This document shows positions 63,401 to 64,000 of a stretch of 64,000 nt of DNA, in pieces. This stretch comes from Balanoglossus misakiensis (lineage: Eukaryota > Animalia > Hemichordata). The position numbers and the translations under genes are program-made. Within the stretch, counting starts at the first letter, position 1; each line of letters opens with the position of its first letter. The notes beneath the pieces were generated by a model. That model ran no database searches. It had not been told where the DNA came from and saw only the letters and a list, made by a program, of their open reading frames with translations. The stretch spans positions 372,001-436,000 of the forward strand of contig CM082582.2 of the NCBI GenBank assembly GCA_040954595.2. Direction: 5' to 3'.

Positions 63401-64000
63401 AAGGAAATGTGAGTAGATCAACGTGGTCTCTGTACGCGTGTTTCTGCTCTAGAGTGCCGGGGCTTTATCCAAGCCATGCCGTAGAAAATCTGACTTGATC
63501 ACCGTTGCTAACGTACGATAGTGTCTGTCATATTGTGACGGAGATGCTGTAGGAAATCTGAGTTGATGAACGGGAATTCAATGTTAGAAAACTCGTGTAG
63601 AAAGTATCTCTACCCGTTTGAAATTAAGAAAAGAATTTATTCTTATTTTTTTTCTAAAAATGACATTTTCAAGGAAAATTTGGTAAAACGCAATTTTGTC
63701 TGCAGTGAGCCAAATTAGATTGTCTTTTGTGGAATTTGTGTCGATATATACATACGAAGAGCATTCTATACTCCATCAGATTTCCGAAAATGTAGAAAAC
63801 AGGTATTTTTTGTAATTTTCAAAAATTTACCATTTTGACCAAATTATGGCTAAAATTGTTATTTTCGTGTTGAATGCCGCCAGTGTCACTGCTTTTAAAA
63901 GTCATAAAAACTTTTAACACACAAGCAATTGTTTATATATGATCAGGTCACCGAATTAAAAAAAATAAAGAATGTTTGGCCTAAAATTGACCTTTTTGGC
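45407..64000 (+). repeat. Array block E (forward orientation, ~9 units)
   Basis: Begins catacaatcaacatg (forward AT domain) and continues forward to the window end. Confidence 0.95.

Larger units (their letters stand above)
1..64000. repeat. Composite macrosatellite / complex satellite DNA array, ~2.05-kb unit, ~30 units, extending beyond both window edges
   Basis: The landmark at the GC/AT domain boundary (ttgatgaa..gg) recurs on + at 947, 2994, 5370, 7418, 9506, 11594, 13641, 15692, 17749, 47101, 48981, 51030, 53082, 55134, 57345, 59554, 61766, 63563. On - it ends at 20753, 22807, 25052, 26939, 28983, 32652, 34703, 38416, 40465, 42517, 44571. Most spacings are 2044-2088 bp and units differ by scattered SNPs and indels. 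Confidence 0.98.

Overview
The window is animal (probably invertebrate) repetitive DNA with no credible protein-coding gene. Almost all 64 kb is one composite tandem array of about 30 units, usually ~2.05 kb (range ~1.8-2.4 kb). Each unit has three parts: a GC/CpG-rich domain of ~11 subrepeats of 81 bp alternating as A/B pairs (162 bp), an AT-rich domain of degenerate ~167-bp subrepeats paired as ~335-bp dimers, and a ~230-bp linker with a variable poly-C tract. The array changes orientation four times, giving five blocks: + 1-18216, - 18217-29686, + 29686-30681, - 30679-45407, + 45407-64000. The junctions have 0-3 bp microhomology, and one contains templated fragments. Two mobile elements interrupt the array. 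One is a 188-bp 5'-truncated L2-type LINE 3' end with a 6-bp TSD (23112-23299). The other is a 1333-bp non-autonomous DNA element with 13-bp terminal inverted repeats, ~143-bp subterminal inverted arms, repeated dyad motifs and no target-site duplication (34827-36159). The short ORFs in the track recur once per repeat unit and are treated as artefacts. Everything was read by eye; no database search or alignment was run.
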